DNA of 63,601 nucleotides, filler included. It is 5 parts of 5 records of this genome, joined end to end, with 100 filler letters (N's around TTAATTAATTAA, not from the genome) between each part and the next. Parts side by side here need not be neighbours in the genome. Positions count along the whole stretch, not along the records: positions 1 to 28,427 come from SRR31156797_4940; 4 more parts are not named here. One strand, given 5' to 3'. The position numbers and the translations under genes are program-made. This document shows positions 7,935 through 18,712 of the stretch, one piece after another; positions within the stretch are counted from its first letter, which is position 1; the number at the start of each line of letters is the position of its first letter. The notes under the pieces were generated by a model. The model was given only the letters and a program-made list of their open reading frames with translations, was not told the DNA's origin and made no database searches.

Positions 7935-10772
7935 TTACAAATTCGCTTTTAATGTTTGTCCTCCGTACAAGGATTTAACTTCAATAATTACAAATCCGTC
8001 TTTGTCTAATTTTACTTTATCTGAGTCGGCAACCAGAGTAGAAAGTTTTTTACCGTTTAAATCATAAACAGAAACTTTATCTCCTACAGCCAAACCATTT
8101 AAATAGCTTACACCTCCATATTTACTAACCCAAACATATTTACTGCTCGCGCTTTTCTTATTCAGCGATGTTGTATTTTCCTCCACTGTTACTACTACTT
8201 CTTCAGATACTAAGGAAGCATATGTTGTATTACCACCATAATTGGCCTTAAAGGTATAAACACCTGCAGATAATGTAGTAAGCAACTGAATCTCTCCGGC
8301 CTCGTCAATGGTTGTATTTATGATGACTGAATCATTTTGCATTATTTGCGCCCAACCGGTTGGTACAGTACCTGTTCCTCCATCTAGCTCACTCACACTT
8401 AGATTTAGCGTTAATGTCTCACCTTCTTTTAGCATGGTTGCAGAAGGCTGTAAATTAATTACAATTTGACTTGAACGTGAATCAGCAGACACTCGATACA
8501 ACTTAGCACCATGACCAGCTACTGACTGAACAAATTCAGTTCCGGAGTAAGAACCCAGATCTTCCTTAGTCCATAAATCTCTGAATGTACAAGCCCCTTC
8601 AAATCCTAAAGCTGCTAAATCAACAGGAACACTCACACTTTCGGAAACAGCCGGATCTTCTGTATAGACTAAAAACTCGATAGAAACGCCTTCCGAAGCA
8701 CTGCTTACCTCATCATCATATCCACAAAACGATTTAAACGTGGTGTAGCCTTCCGGCAAATCAAATTCAATAATAGAATAAGCATTCACCCCAAAACCAT
8801 AATCATATGCTTGTCCATTTACAGTAAGCGTGTTTCCATCCAGACTTTTATTTTTCTGAACACTTGCCCATCCGCTGGTTGCACTTGTCCATGTTAAGTT
8901 GGAAAGAATAACAGAATCTCCTTCTTCAGTATAAATGGCAGGGTTAATCCAGTCGCCATGATCATAGCTAATACCGTCGCCTGCATCCGTCACAACCAAA
9001 TACAGTTTTTGAGCTCCGGTAATATCAGCTTCTAACTGAACACCTTCAGTATGAATAGTCTTACTCACCCTTCCACTATTGGCAATAGCTGAGTTAACAT
9101 TTACTTCTCTGGTAGTTGGATCATGGGTCGAAATCAAGAATTCCACTGTTGATCCACATCCCTGATTGGTTCCTCCAATATCCAATCCGGCGAAAGCCTG
9201 AAAGCCAACTGTATTATCCGGGATTGCATAAGCAACTACAGAACGAGCATGCACACCTAATCCTACATCATAGGTTGTTCCCTTCACATTGAGCGTTCCT
9301 CCGGAAACGCTTTTATTTTTTTGAACCGTACTCCAACCTGAAGTAGCATACTCCCAGTCTAAATCAACCAGGCTTATTACTTCATCATTATCCAGGATAA
9401 TTTGAGGATTAATCCAATCGGCATGATCGCAATCATAGTTTTCTCCTCCATCATTCACAATTAAATATAACTCGGTACTTCCTGCAGGAATTGTGACGTC
9501 AATATCAACACCATATCCATCTGTTAAAGTAGAAACCGTTCCACTTCGGTAAACCAAATCCTTGGTACTAATAAAACCGTCGCCACCATTATTAAACAAG
9601 GCTACAAATTTATCTCCGGAAAAAGGATCATCAGCAGTCCAGATGGCCACATCGTTTTCGTTAAGCCACTCCTGATTGTTCACCGAATTACTATGTACTT
9701 CCAACACCTCTTCGTTTGTTAACAAGCTATTGGTGAATGCATCATTGTCAGGCAGGTTACCTCCAAACATCAAAGGAGATTTAAACATCGTCCAAAGCGT
9801 CATTAAAGTATACTGCTCATCTTCGGTAAAATAAGTATAGCGATCGGTAGCGCGCTCTCCTCTGATAAATTTACCCATTGGTAGCATATCTGCATCCGGC
9901 CAGGCTCCCGGACGAATATATGGTGCCCAGTTAGCACAAATACCAAAAGAATAATTTAACTGTGCCCAGTTATCCCAAAAGTCATCAATCGTTCTCCACA
10001 TATTAGCATGATTTGTTGCATGCTCATGCTGATCAAGAGGAGTTGCTCCCGGCGACATACTCAACACAATTGGTCTGCCCGTTTGGTCAATGGCATTTCT
10101 TAACATTTCAATTTCGCCATCGTGATATGGACGGGAAAGATCATCTACTTTAATATAGTCTACTCCCCATTCTGCATATAAATCCAGAATAGAATTATAA
10201 TATTCCTGAGCTCCATCTACGCCTGCTACAACCGTATAATTATCCTGCAACCAGGTACACTCGTATGCTGTGGAGTAAATATCTGCTGCCGTTTTCGATT
10301 CATACCCTTTAATAGGTAAGTTATTAAATACAGCTTCTTTAGGAACACCTCGCATAATATGAATACCGAACTTTAAACCTAAATCATGCACATAATCAGC
10401 TAAAGGTTTAAACCCAGCTCCATCTGCTGCCGATGGAAAACGAGTTGGCGACGGCATATATCTTCCGTACTCATCATATACAAAATCGGAAGTCGCATAA
10501 CTATTATAATGTCCGGTTATTTGATTATCGACATACCACCGGATATCCACAATTACATATTCCCAACCAAAATCTTTTAGGTGAGTTGCCATATAATCGG
10601 CATTGGCTTTTACCTCGGTCTCTACTACAGAAGGACCAAAGCAGTCCCAACTATTCCAACCCATTGGAGGCGTTAAAGCCCATTTATGAAAGGGTAGTTC
10701 ATTTCCATTTTGTGCATAAAGCTGCACAGAAACAAACATGACTAAAAACAAAAAACTAAATAACTTATTCAT
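7935..10772 (-). CDS. GH27 glycoside hydrolase with two NPCBM/NEW2 modules, Ig-like domain and T9SS-type C-terminal domain
   Basis: Signal peptide; TPPMGWNSW, YVIVDIRW, GVDYIKVDD, WRTIDDFWD, WPDADML; two repeated NPCBM-like blocks (DHADWINP, DHGDWINP); VYDLNGK CTD. Confidence 0.85.
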   Translation of the reverse strand: MNKLFSFLFLVMFVSVQLYAQNGNELPFHKWALTPPMGWNSWDCFGPSVVETEVKANADYMATHLKDFGWEYVIVDIRWYVDNQITGHYNSYATSDFVYDEYGRYMPSPTRFPSAADGAGFKPLADYVHDLGLKFGIHIMRGVPKEAVFNNLPIKGYESKTAADIYSTAYECTWLQDNYTVVAGVDGAQEYYNSILDLYAEWGVDYIKVDDLSRPYHDGEIEMLRNAIDQTGRPIVLSMSPGATPLDQHEHATNHANMWRTIDDFWDNWAQLNYSFGICANWAPYIRPGAWPDADMLPMGKFIRGERATDRYTYFTEDEQYTLMTLWTMFKSPLMFGGNLPDNDAFTNSLLTNEEVLEVHSNSVNNQEWLNENDVAIWTADDPFSGDKFVALFNNGGDGFISTKDLVYRSGTVSTLTDGYGVDIDVTIPAGSTELYLIVNDGGENYDCDHADWINPQIILDNDEVISLVDLDWEYATSGWSTVQKNKSVSGGTLNVKGTTYDVGLGVHARSVVAYAIPDNTVGFQAFAGLDIGGTNQGCGSTVEFLISTHDPTTREVNVNSAIANSGRVSKTIHTEGVQLEADITGAQKLYLVVTDAGDGISYDHGDWINPAIYTEEGDSVILSNLTWTSATSGWASVQKNKSLDGNTLTVNGQAYDYGFGVNAYSIIEFDLPEGYTTFKSFCGYDDEVSSASEGVSIEFLVYTEDPAVSESVSVPVDLAALGFEGACTFRDLWTKEDLGSYSGTEFVQSVAGHGAKLYRVSADSRSSQIVINLQPSATMLKEGETLTLNLSVSELDGGTGTVPTGWAQIMQNDSVIINTTIDEAGEIQLLTTLSAGVYTFKANYGGNTTYASLVSEEVVVTVEENTTSLNKKSASSKYVWVSKYGGVSYLNGLAVGDKVSVYDLNGKKLSTLVADSDKVKLDKDGFVIIEVKSLYGGQTLKANL

Positions 10773-10923
10773 GATGTAGATTTATAATTTAAAACTGATT
10801 ATATTCTATCATCAAAAATAAGCGTAACCATTCTTATACACTAATAACTAATTCGGCAATGAAAGACGTAATCTCATCAACGCAACCATAAACTTCATTC
10901 TTCATCATATACCAAAAGAAGAT

Positions 10924-11409
10924 ATGCAACTTAAGATTAGTGCTATTTCAATTCTTATCATTTTAGGACTCACATGTTTTCAATGTGATAAGGAAAATAA
11001 ATATCCCGGAATATCAGATATTAACAAAAAGACTTATTATACTTCCGAAATTATTCCAACAGAGCATTTAGATATATATGGCAGTTGGAAATTAATTAAG
11101 GTAAGTGGTGGTTTTACAGGAAGCGGTCATGAACTTCACTTTGACCAATTAGAAATAAAGCCATATGGCATCTATGGAATTATAAAAGGTAACTCACTTA
11201 GTGAATTGGGAAAAATAGAATTGGATATTTGGGATCCAAACCAGACTGAAAACCTTCAATTAAAGTTCATCCCAGACATGAGAGAAAATGAAAATTACAT
11301 GTATTTATATCCTGAGCAAAAACTGGCACAAATAAGAAACAGGGATACTTTAGATTTAATATCCCCATGTTGCGATATGTACAATTATCATTTTAAAAGA
11401 ATTGAGTAA
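10924..11409 (+). CDS. Hypothetical lipoprotein
   Basis: Hydrophobic N-terminus with Cys; 161-aa ORF. Confidence 0.6.
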   Translation: MQLKISAISILIILGLTCFQCDKENKYPGISDINKKTYYTSEIIPTEHLDIYGSWKLIKVSGGFTGSGHELHFDQLEIKPYGIYGIIKGNSLSELGKIELDIWDPNQTENLQLKFIPDMRENENYMYLYPEQKLAQIRNRDTLDLISPCCDMYNYHFKRIE

Positions 11410-11426
11410 AAAAAAGAAACTAGTTT

Positions 11427-12500
11427 CTATTTATATACAAACTGCATTAACCACTCAGATAAAATATCTAAAGTTTCCTGAGAAATAGCTTCCGGCAGGT
11501 TTCTCATTTCCGATTGAGTACATTCTTTACAATGCTGAAACAGGTGATTATGCCCTTCTAACCGTGCCAGTTTATAATGTTTATTTCCGGCCTCCTTTAG
11601 GTAGTGATCTATATTCGCCAGGTTTTCATCTGGTGTCACCATAATATCTTTATCACCATTCAGCGCCAATACAGGTATGGTAATCTTCGACAAATAATCA
11701 GCCGGATTATACTGAATCATTTCCCGATACCATCTGCTTCGTGCAATGTTTTTATATCTATAAATAAAATTGATATCTCTACCATCTAACATATTTAAGG
11801 CCTTTAAGGCTTCCTCTGTTTGGCTGTTGATCCATTGTTCAAAGACCAGATCTAACACCGGATCAATTTCTTCTTTAATGGGTGTATCTTTTACTGCCTT
11901 AAATAAGGTGGTATATAAATCCATATAATCATCTACCAAAGTAGAATCAATATAAGGACTGGATTCCAAGATGGCTTTATTTTGATAGATGAGACTATTA
12001 TATCCATCTACTGCCAATCCGGCCAATGACACCATAAACTTTATATCTGAAGAAGTAGCTGACAGCATAAAAGCTACAGCGCCACCTTCACTATGCCCCA
12101 TTAACCCAATTCTTGCGGTATCGATATGAGGATTATTTTTTAGGAAGTCTATTTCGGCCAATATATCTTTGGCAAAGTCCTTAGTGGTGGCCTCTTCATA
12201 AAGCCCTTTACTTTTGCCAACACCACGATCATCCATTCTTAAAACGGCAAATCCTTTTTTTGTAAGACAATCAGCTATTTCATAAAACGGACAATGACCT
12301 GCAAAAGAGGCATCCCTGTCCTGCTTGCCTGTTCCTGAAATAATAATCACCGCAGGATATTGACCATCCTGAGAAGGATAGGTTAAGGTTCCGGCTAATA
12401 AAATACTATCGGAGTAACATTGAATAGAATCGGAACAATACATTTGGGCATCAACTATACCGAACAATAAAAGGAATACAAGGAAGCTTATGATTCTCAT
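11427..12500 (-). CDS. Secreted alpha/beta hydrolase (S9/S15-like esterase or peptidase)
   Basis: Signal peptide; DDRGVGKS, GHSEGG nucleophile elbow, NGDKD, HNHLFQ. Confidence 0.85.
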   Translation of the reverse strand: MRIISFLVFLLLFGIVDAQMYCSDSIQCYSDSILLAGTLTYPSQDGQYPAVIIISGTGKQDRDASFAGHCPFYEIADCLTKKGFAVLRMDDRGVGKSKGLYEEATTKDFAKDILAEIDFLKNNPHIDTARIGLMGHSEGGAVAFMLSATSSDIKFMVSLAGLAVDGYNSLIYQNKAILESSPYIDSTLVDDYMDLYTTLFKAVKDTPIKEEIDPVLDLVFEQWINSQTEEALKALNMLDGRDINFIYRYKNIARSRWYREMIQYNPADYLSKITIPVLALNGDKDIMVTPDENLANIDHYLKEAGNKHYKLARLEGHNHLFQHCKECTQSEMRNLPEAISQETLDILSEWLMQFVYK

Positions 12501-12581
12501 ATAATCTTTGTTTTAGTAAAAAAAAGCGCCACCATAGCTATTGTTATAATGACGCCTTCAACTTAATTTATTACGGAAATA

Positions 12582-14186
12582 TTATTTAACAATCACTTTT
12601 GTAATTGTTTTGTATCCATTTACAGATGTTGTTTCAACAATATAAACACCATCATTTAATTCTGAAATATTTAATTCATTTGTTAAAGCAGGAGAACTGG
12701 CTACAACCGCTCCAGACAAACTATACATAGTAACAGAAACCGCTTCTGAAAATCTTAGATAATCGGTTGCTGGGTTTGGATATACAGACACAGATACCGA
12801 AGCGACTTCATCCTCAATAGCCGTAACTGTAACATCCACAGCATTTACAGTAACGGTGTTTGAAGGATCGGCAATACCTGTTGTGTATATGCTAACCACA
12901 TATAAATTAACATCAAGCCCTATTTCATCACCAAATTCATCCTGACCTACAGCATACCAACTAGGAATATTTACAGTTCCACTTGTTTCTGTAAATTCAA
13001 CATAGCTATATTGAGAATAATAAACCCTATAGCTTGTAATTTCAGAATCTGACACAGGTGCATCCCAGGATAATTCTACAGGATAAGCTCCTGATTCATC
13101 TGGATCACTAATAGATACAACAGATAAGTTTGTAGCAGGAATTACCCCAGCATCAGCAACGCTTAACGCAACTAAATCAGTAGCGGTACTTGTTTTTCCA
13201 TTTACAACAGCTACTACACCAAACATATGATTACCATTTGTTAACGATGAAGTAGTGTAAGTTGTTTCCGTAACAATGCCTTCAACCAAATTATCTACAA
13301 TTACCATATAACCTGTAACATCACCCGAAGTTGAAGCATCCCATGTTAACTGAACCGTATTGGGAGCAATACCTTCTCCGGAAATAACCTGTGCTGCAAT
13401 ATTAAGTGGTAAGTAATCCGCACTGTAATCATGATAATTGTAATCATTTACAGCTACATAATTACCCCATCGGCTAATTGAGCTATTGGTATCTGATGTT
13501 AGGTTGCCTTCTGCATCATAATCATAGGTTATCACATATGCACCTTGAGCGGTATTATCATAGTTTCCATCCACCACTGGCAAAAACGCTTCACTTTCAA
13601 GCAAGTCATTGGTATAAACATATTCTATTTTTCCCAAAATAACAGCATCATCTTCTGCTGTTGGCTTATATTTTTGAATCGTAGTTTCAAGTACCCCGGC
13701 ATTAAAAGTGTACTCGAATTGTTGCCAGTAATAAACAGTAGAACCATCGGCCGACATGCTTTTGCGATCCTGATATTTACCGTTCGTATAGTTTTCAAAC
13801 ACTGAATAACCAGTTATTTCACCCGCCTCGTTTAAAGAGTTTTGGCGAACAACCTGATTTGAGTCATCATACTCATAACTTGTTTTGGATGAAAACACCC
13901 ATTGATTTAGATCAGAACTCATATAATAAGATACCGTTTCTGATACAAGCCCGGCTTCATTGTAGGCATAGGTTGTTAGTCCCGAAGATGTTAATTCAAA
14001 ACTAAGCACCCCTTCATTGTCATAAAACTTTTGAGTTGTTGAAGACGGAGTTGCTGGTTTCTCTCCACCTTCAGAATAATTGTAATAGTCTACTGAACCC
14101 ACCTTTTTGTCGGCAGCATACATTTCAAATTCTGGTACTAACAGCAACATAGTACCCAATAACAAGAATGTAAATAATCGTGTCAT
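12582..14186 (-). CDS. T9SS-sorted protein with YD-like beta repeats and FN3-like domains
   Basis: Signal peptide; YxYD/N repeats; LTWDAS and LSWDAP FN3 motifs; VYPNPATD...KVIVK CTD. Confidence 0.75.
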   Translation of the reverse strand: MTRLFTFLLLGTMLLLVPEFEMYAADKKVGSVDYYNYSEGGEKPATPSSTTQKFYDNEGVLSFELTSSGLTTYAYNEAGLVSETVSYYMSSDLNQWVFSSKTSYEYDDSNQVVRQNSLNEAGEITGYSVFENYTNGKYQDRKSMSADGSTVYYWQQFEYTFNAGVLETTIQKYKPTAEDDAVILGKIEYVYTNDLLESEAFLPVVDGNYDNTAQGAYVITYDYDAEGNLTSDTNSSISRWGNYVAVNDYNYHDYSADYLPLNIAAQVISGEGIAPNTVQLTWDASTSGDVTGYMVIVDNLVEGIVTETTYTTSSLTNGNHMFGVVAVVNGKTSTATDLVALSVADAGVIPATNLSVVSISDPDESGAYPVELSWDAPVSDSEITSYRVYYSQYSYVEFTETSGTVNIPSWYAVGQDEFGDEIGLDVNLYVVSIYTTGIADPSNTVTVNAVDVTVTAIEDEVASVSVSVYPNPATDYLRFSEAVSVTMYSLSGAVVASSPALTNELNISELNDGVYIVETTSVNGYKTITKVIVK

Positions 14187-14217
14187 ATTATTTTATTTTT
14201 AAGTTAATAAATTATGT

Positions 14218-16230
14218 TTAAACTTCTTTTTTTAATTCTTCTATAATAAATGAGATTTCATCCGCTAAAGCAGAAGGGCTTCCATAATATCCGGTTGAAA
14301 TCCAGCGCACTTTACCTTTTGCATCAATAATTAACTTTTGAGGAATTCCGGAAAAACCAAATGCTTTGGCGTACCTGCTATATGCATAATCTCCTTTATC
14401 TGTTTGAGGGTTTTTTTTATCCAAAAGAACTGTAAACTGGTAATCCTTTTGTTTTAAAAACTTTTCAATTTGGCTCTTATAATTTTTTGCCGACTCCATG
14501 GTGGAGATGAAATAGAACTTAACAACATCATCTTCTTTGTATTGCTGATAAGCCATATTCATACCGGGCATAGCAGCTTTACAAGGACCACACCATGTAG
14601 CCCAAAAATCAAGAATCAGGATCTTTCCTTTCATATCGGCCATATTAAAATCACCTCCTTTTAAGTTTTCATAAGCATATAGCTCGATGTCTTTATTAAT
14701 AAAAGAATCTTTGATTTCTTTGTGGTGTTTTTCAATTTCCGTTAGCGGTTTCAACCCTTGGTAGTAGGTGTCAAATCCCTCTTCTGATCCATTTTTTTGT
14801 GCATAAATACTTTTTAAACGATCAATCATCCCCGGTGAAACGGTATTTGCTGCCACACCCTTAAGAATAAGATTTTCCGCTTTTTCAGAATGTCCTGTTT
14901 TATCTAATATAGTAAGGTAGAAATCAGTGAATTTAGAGGAGCTGCCATTGAAATAACAATCAACTTTTTGCAACCAGCTATAAGCCTCCTCTACCGAACC
15001 GATTTCATCAAGTATTAAGGCATAATCCAAAATGGCATCTTTATGTTGATTTAGAATATGATTATTCCATTCACGATCGGTATATACCAAATCTTTTTGA
15101 GTGCGCTGGCGGTTGAATATCTCTGTCATAAGCATATTAGCGGTAGGCAGTAACTCCTGTGCTGATAACATTTCCTTTTCGTAAGGAATTTGTATCATAT
15201 GCCAAAACGAAGTTGTCAAATTCATAAAGGGAACCTCATGTAAGTATTCCTTAGCCAACCCATAGTTATTGTGCTTTATAATTTGGTTATAAATGACGCT
15301 CTGGAAATTCTTTCCCAAATACATGTCCGAATTATATGTATTAATATCTTTCCATTTTTTATATGGGAATCGTTTTACAAACGCTGCCATAGCCTCTTCT
15401 TTTTCCTGAATATCGGTTATTCGGAATATGCGCAGAATTTCCTGATCGCGAGCTGCTATTCCATCAGGATATTTATTTAAAGAAACCTCTTCAACATGGG
15501 CTGCCAAAGCACCGTTATATTCATAGGTCTTGGCCATTTCACAAGCATGATACAGATCTAGGTCAGTAGCTTCACCTGCACTATCCAGCGATAATATCAG
15601 ATTCACATCATTTTTAATAATAGCATTACCTACGGCTTTTCCATTCATTTTCATGGCACGGGCAGCCAGGTATCCAACATTTTTTTGTTCCTCCGGATGC
15701 ACTTTTAACTCCTGATTAATCCAGAAAAAGAAAATTTGTTTTGTATCAATTTTAGCAGAATCGCTAATGTAGTTTGGAATAGAAAACTGTTCAAAACCTG
15801 GAGCCCTAAGCAAACACCAGCTCATAAATGATGATGGAGGATTTAATGTATCCTGATCTACAGTCAACTGCACATATTGAGCCAGACCGTTGGAAGTATC
15901 TTCTTCGGTACCGGAAACAAATTTAAAGGCCACTAAAGCCGCACTATCGGGAACCTGCACCTCTCCTTTCCATAATCCATGCTTTTTAGTAAGGTTTACA
16001 TCCTGTGCCCTCCAAACATAGTTACTGCAATAATAAAAAACGGCGTTAATATCATCTTTACCTGCCAAATTGGTTTTACTATCATCATAAGATATAGATA
16101 GTGGTTTTCCCATAAAGGCCATTTGCGGCTCTAATACCAGTGGAGCATCCTGTGTTTCTATGGTTTCTTTACAAGAAATCAAACATAGCAATCCCACCAC
16201 AACAAGTGTGTAATTTAAAATTATCCTCAT
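14218..16230 (-). CDS. Lipoprotein with C-terminal TlpA-like thioredoxin domain
   Basis: Lipobox LISC; LDFWATWCGPCK; GIPQKLIID. Confidence 0.85.
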   Translation of the reverse strand: MRIILNYTLVVVGLLCLISCKETIETQDAPLVLEPQMAFMGKPLSISYDDSKTNLAGKDDINAVFYYCSNYVWRAQDVNLTKKHGLWKGEVQVPDSAALVAFKFVSGTEEDTSNGLAQYVQLTVDQDTLNPPSSFMSWCLLRAPGFEQFSIPNYISDSAKIDTKQIFFFWINQELKVHPEEQKNVGYLAARAMKMNGKAVGNAIIKNDVNLILSLDSAGEATDLDLYHACEMAKTYEYNGALAAHVEEVSLNKYPDGIAARDQEILRIFRITDIQEKEEAMAAFVKRFPYKKWKDINTYNSDMYLGKNFQSVIYNQIIKHNNYGLAKEYLHEVPFMNLTTSFWHMIQIPYEKEMLSAQELLPTANMLMTEIFNRQRTQKDLVYTDREWNNHILNQHKDAILDYALILDEIGSVEEAYSWLQKVDCYFNGSSSKFTDFYLTILDKTGHSEKAENLILKGVAANTVSPGMIDRLKSIYAQKNGSEEGFDTYYQGLKPLTEIEKHHKEIKDSFINKDIELYAYENLKGGDFNMADMKGKILILDFWATWCGPCKAAMPGMNMAYQQYKEDDVVKFYFISTMESAKNYKSQIEKFLKQKDYQFTVLLDKKNPQTDKGDYAYSRYAKAFGFSGIPQKLIIDAKGKVRWISTGYYGSPSALADEISFIIEELKKEV

Positions 16231-16293
16231 TTTTTTAATCTATTTTTATCTTATATTCAGGCCATGAACAGCCCCAATTCATTTAAAAAATAT

Positions 16294-17940
16294 TTAATCC
16301 AACCCTTCCAGCTTAACACTCATATCCACTATTCTTCCAAAACCTGTAAATACATTGGTTGGGGCATTAAGGTTTACAATCCCATCTATTTCTTCTTTGT
16401 TATTCAGTCGGCCGGAAGCCCTGTTAATTTTAAATTCATAGAGCTTTCCTTCTGATCCATTCCAGGTGCCTACATATAATAGGGTGGCATTCACATCATC
16501 CAAAGGATAAAACCAATCTGTATTATATATTTTCATGGAAGTAATCTCTTCTCCATCAGAAAAGGCATCATTAATTAGTGTTGCCACCTTTTTTGATGCA
16601 GCATAACTATAGGTGTAAATATTTCTATCTGAAGCATACAAAAAGAAATTACCCAAAGGACCACAGGCATAGTGTTTGGCATTGTAAATTTCCGGCAGTT
16701 CACTCAAGTCATAAGTATTTACGGCGAGGTTATGAATTGCATCATTCTCATATGGATCACCATTTTCATCATATAAGGGATTTGCTTTATTAAAGTCGGC
16801 GCGATATAGTTCTCTGCTCGTTCCATCGGTAAAAACAGCAAAACCGTGACCTCTATAACCTTTCTCAAAGAATATCAAATCTTTACCAACATTATTTACA
16901 TCAAACCTGGTACTGGTTTGATCCGGGAAACCAATAATTGAAGCTTCTTCCCAAAACGAAAACTCCAATCGTACAAACCTTTTGTTTAATTGATCATACA
17001 TTACACCAGCCTGACCAACAGTCATTGCTGAGCAGTCGTCTGAAAAATAAACGTACGGTGCTAAATCTAGTTCCCCACCCAAATTACTACTGGGAGATAA
17101 TGGTCGTGAAAACTGCACATCCCACGCTTGAGATGCCTGGTTGTTAATATTTTGAACCAACCCATTGTTAATCATAAGCGAAACATAATGACAATCCGGA
17201 CCATGCCCCACATACTGGGGTATCACAAATTCCTGATCCAGCTTATATAGTTCTAAACCCTGATTCTGCAGCTCAAAATCAGTACCGCTTAACTGCAAAA
17301 ACTGCTGATCAGTTACTACATAAACATAGTCTATTACCGATCTGTTTACCCTAACAGTAGAAACAAAATCAGGCTCCCCTATGATTTTGGATCCATTCAT
17401 GGCTGAGTACACATTATGCAACCATTTTTGCTTATCTAAAGTTGGCACTGCATTAGTTGTAGCAATGTAGTCCAGATCACTTTGTCCGTTACCATCGGTA
17501 TGTAATACCATTAAACCGGAAACCACACTAGGTAATATACTCACGTTGTACTTTACCTGAGAAACTGTATTGTTTTGCTTATTGGTTACATATAAAACCA
17601 CAGCATACTCATCATCATCGGGCTCCTGAGTAATTTGAACTTTCAGATTCTTTTCTGTTGATAACTCCTCTGCATAGGATTCATCTTTACTCCAGGCATC
17701 AGAATACATTACCCACTTATACTCCAGCTCGCTTTCATCCACATCTTTAAGTGTGAAATAAATATCAGGAGTGATTGACAAGGTATCGAACTGATCCAAA
17801 GCAAAAGTCATATCAACACCAACAGTATCTATATACACCTCATTAACATCCACATAACTATAGTTTCCTTTGTCGTCATAACACGAATGCAAAGCAACAA
17901 CAGCCAAAGCTACTAACAATACGTTGTATATATTCTTCAT
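16294..17940 (-). CDS. PKD-like family lipoprotein (SusCD-associated)
   Basis: Lipobox LHSCYDDKGNYSY; start placed at MKNIYN. Confidence 0.75.
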   Translation of the reverse strand: MKNIYNVLLVALAVVALHSCYDDKGNYSYVDVNEVYIDTVGVDMTFALDQFDTLSITPDIYFTLKDVDESELEYKWVMYSDAWSKDESYAEELSTEKNLKVQITQEPDDDEYAVVLYVTNKQNNTVSQVKYNVSILPSVVSGLMVLHTDGNGQSDLDYIATTNAVPTLDKQKWLHNVYSAMNGSKIIGEPDFVSTVRVNRSVIDYVYVVTDQQFLQLSGTDFELQNQGLELYKLDQEFVIPQYVGHGPDCHYVSLMINNGLVQNINNQASQAWDVQFSRPLSPSSNLGGELDLAPYVYFSDDCSAMTVGQAGVMYDQLNKRFVRLEFSFWEEASIIGFPDQTSTRFDVNNVGKDLIFFEKGYRGHGFAVFTDGTSRELYRADFNKANPLYDENGDPYENDAIHNLAVNTYDLSELPEIYNAKHYACGPLGNFFLYASDRNIYTYSYAASKKVATLINDAFSDGEEITSMKIYNTDWFYPLDDVNATLLYVGTWNGSEGKLYEFKINRASGRLNNKEEIDGIVNLNAPTNVFTGFGRIVDMSVKLEGLD

Positions 17941-17953
17941 TCTATTTTCAGTT

Positions 17954-18712
17954 TTATCTTGAGCCATAATATATTTCCTCCAATGTTTCGGCCTCGTCGT
18001 CTACATAAATAGGCCCGTTTTCTTCACGATATTTTTCATAGGCTTCATTCAGGGTAATTGCAAATCCCTGTACTTGCGATATGGTATACACACCCTCTTC
18101 CGGACCGGTTGTAACCCTTGCAGCTTGAGGCCAATTGGTAATACCCAGCACATCAATAGCAAAACGATATTTATTGGTACTATATACCCCAAAGAAATAC
18201 TCAGGCCAATTTTCTGGTTTTAACAGAATGTCGCCCCAGGTTAAGGTAAAGTTCAAGTCATCTGCATTACCAGCCCCCAAATCTCCTTCATCCGTTAACT
18301 CAAGCTCAATATATACCGCTTCCTGCTGTGTATCCTCTGTTCTGAACAAAACCACAGGCAAGTAAGATTCATACGTATTCGCTTCCATTACTCCTGTTAA
18401 TAATTGATAGTGCACACCTTCCTCCGCAGTACTCTCTTCAGGAATTACATTGGCTTTAAAGGTTCGGTCTATATCGGCCACATTTCCCATCAACTTCACT
18501 TTTATGAGAAAAGTATCTGTCATTAAAGCTGAATTTTGCAGCGCAAAAGAATAGTTCTTTTCTGTAACTCTGGTTTCTACCGTATTAATAACAGATCGTT
18601 CGTAGAAATATACTTTCCCATCTAACTCGTAATCCATGACTTCGTTTTCTTCACAAGAAGCCATTAGTAAACCTAAGATTAGTGGTAAAATGAATGTCAT
18701 TAACTTACTCAT
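17954..18712 (-). CDS. DUF4843-like lipoprotein
   Basis: Lipobox MASCEE; KPENWPEYFFGVYSTNKYRF; lies downstream of susD; start placed at MSKLM. Confidence 0.7.
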   Translation of the reverse strand: MSKLMTFILPLILGLLMASCEENEVMDYELDGKVYFYERSVINTVETRVTEKNYSFALQNSALMTDTFLIKVKLMGNVADIDRTFKANVIPEESTAEEGVHYQLLTGVMEANTYESYLPVVLFRTEDTQQEAVYIELELTDEGDLGAGNADDLNFTLTWGDILLKPENWPEYFFGVYSTNKYRFAIDVLGITNWPQAARVTTGPEEGVYTISQVQGFAITLNEAYEKYREENGPIYVDDEAETLEEIYYGSR

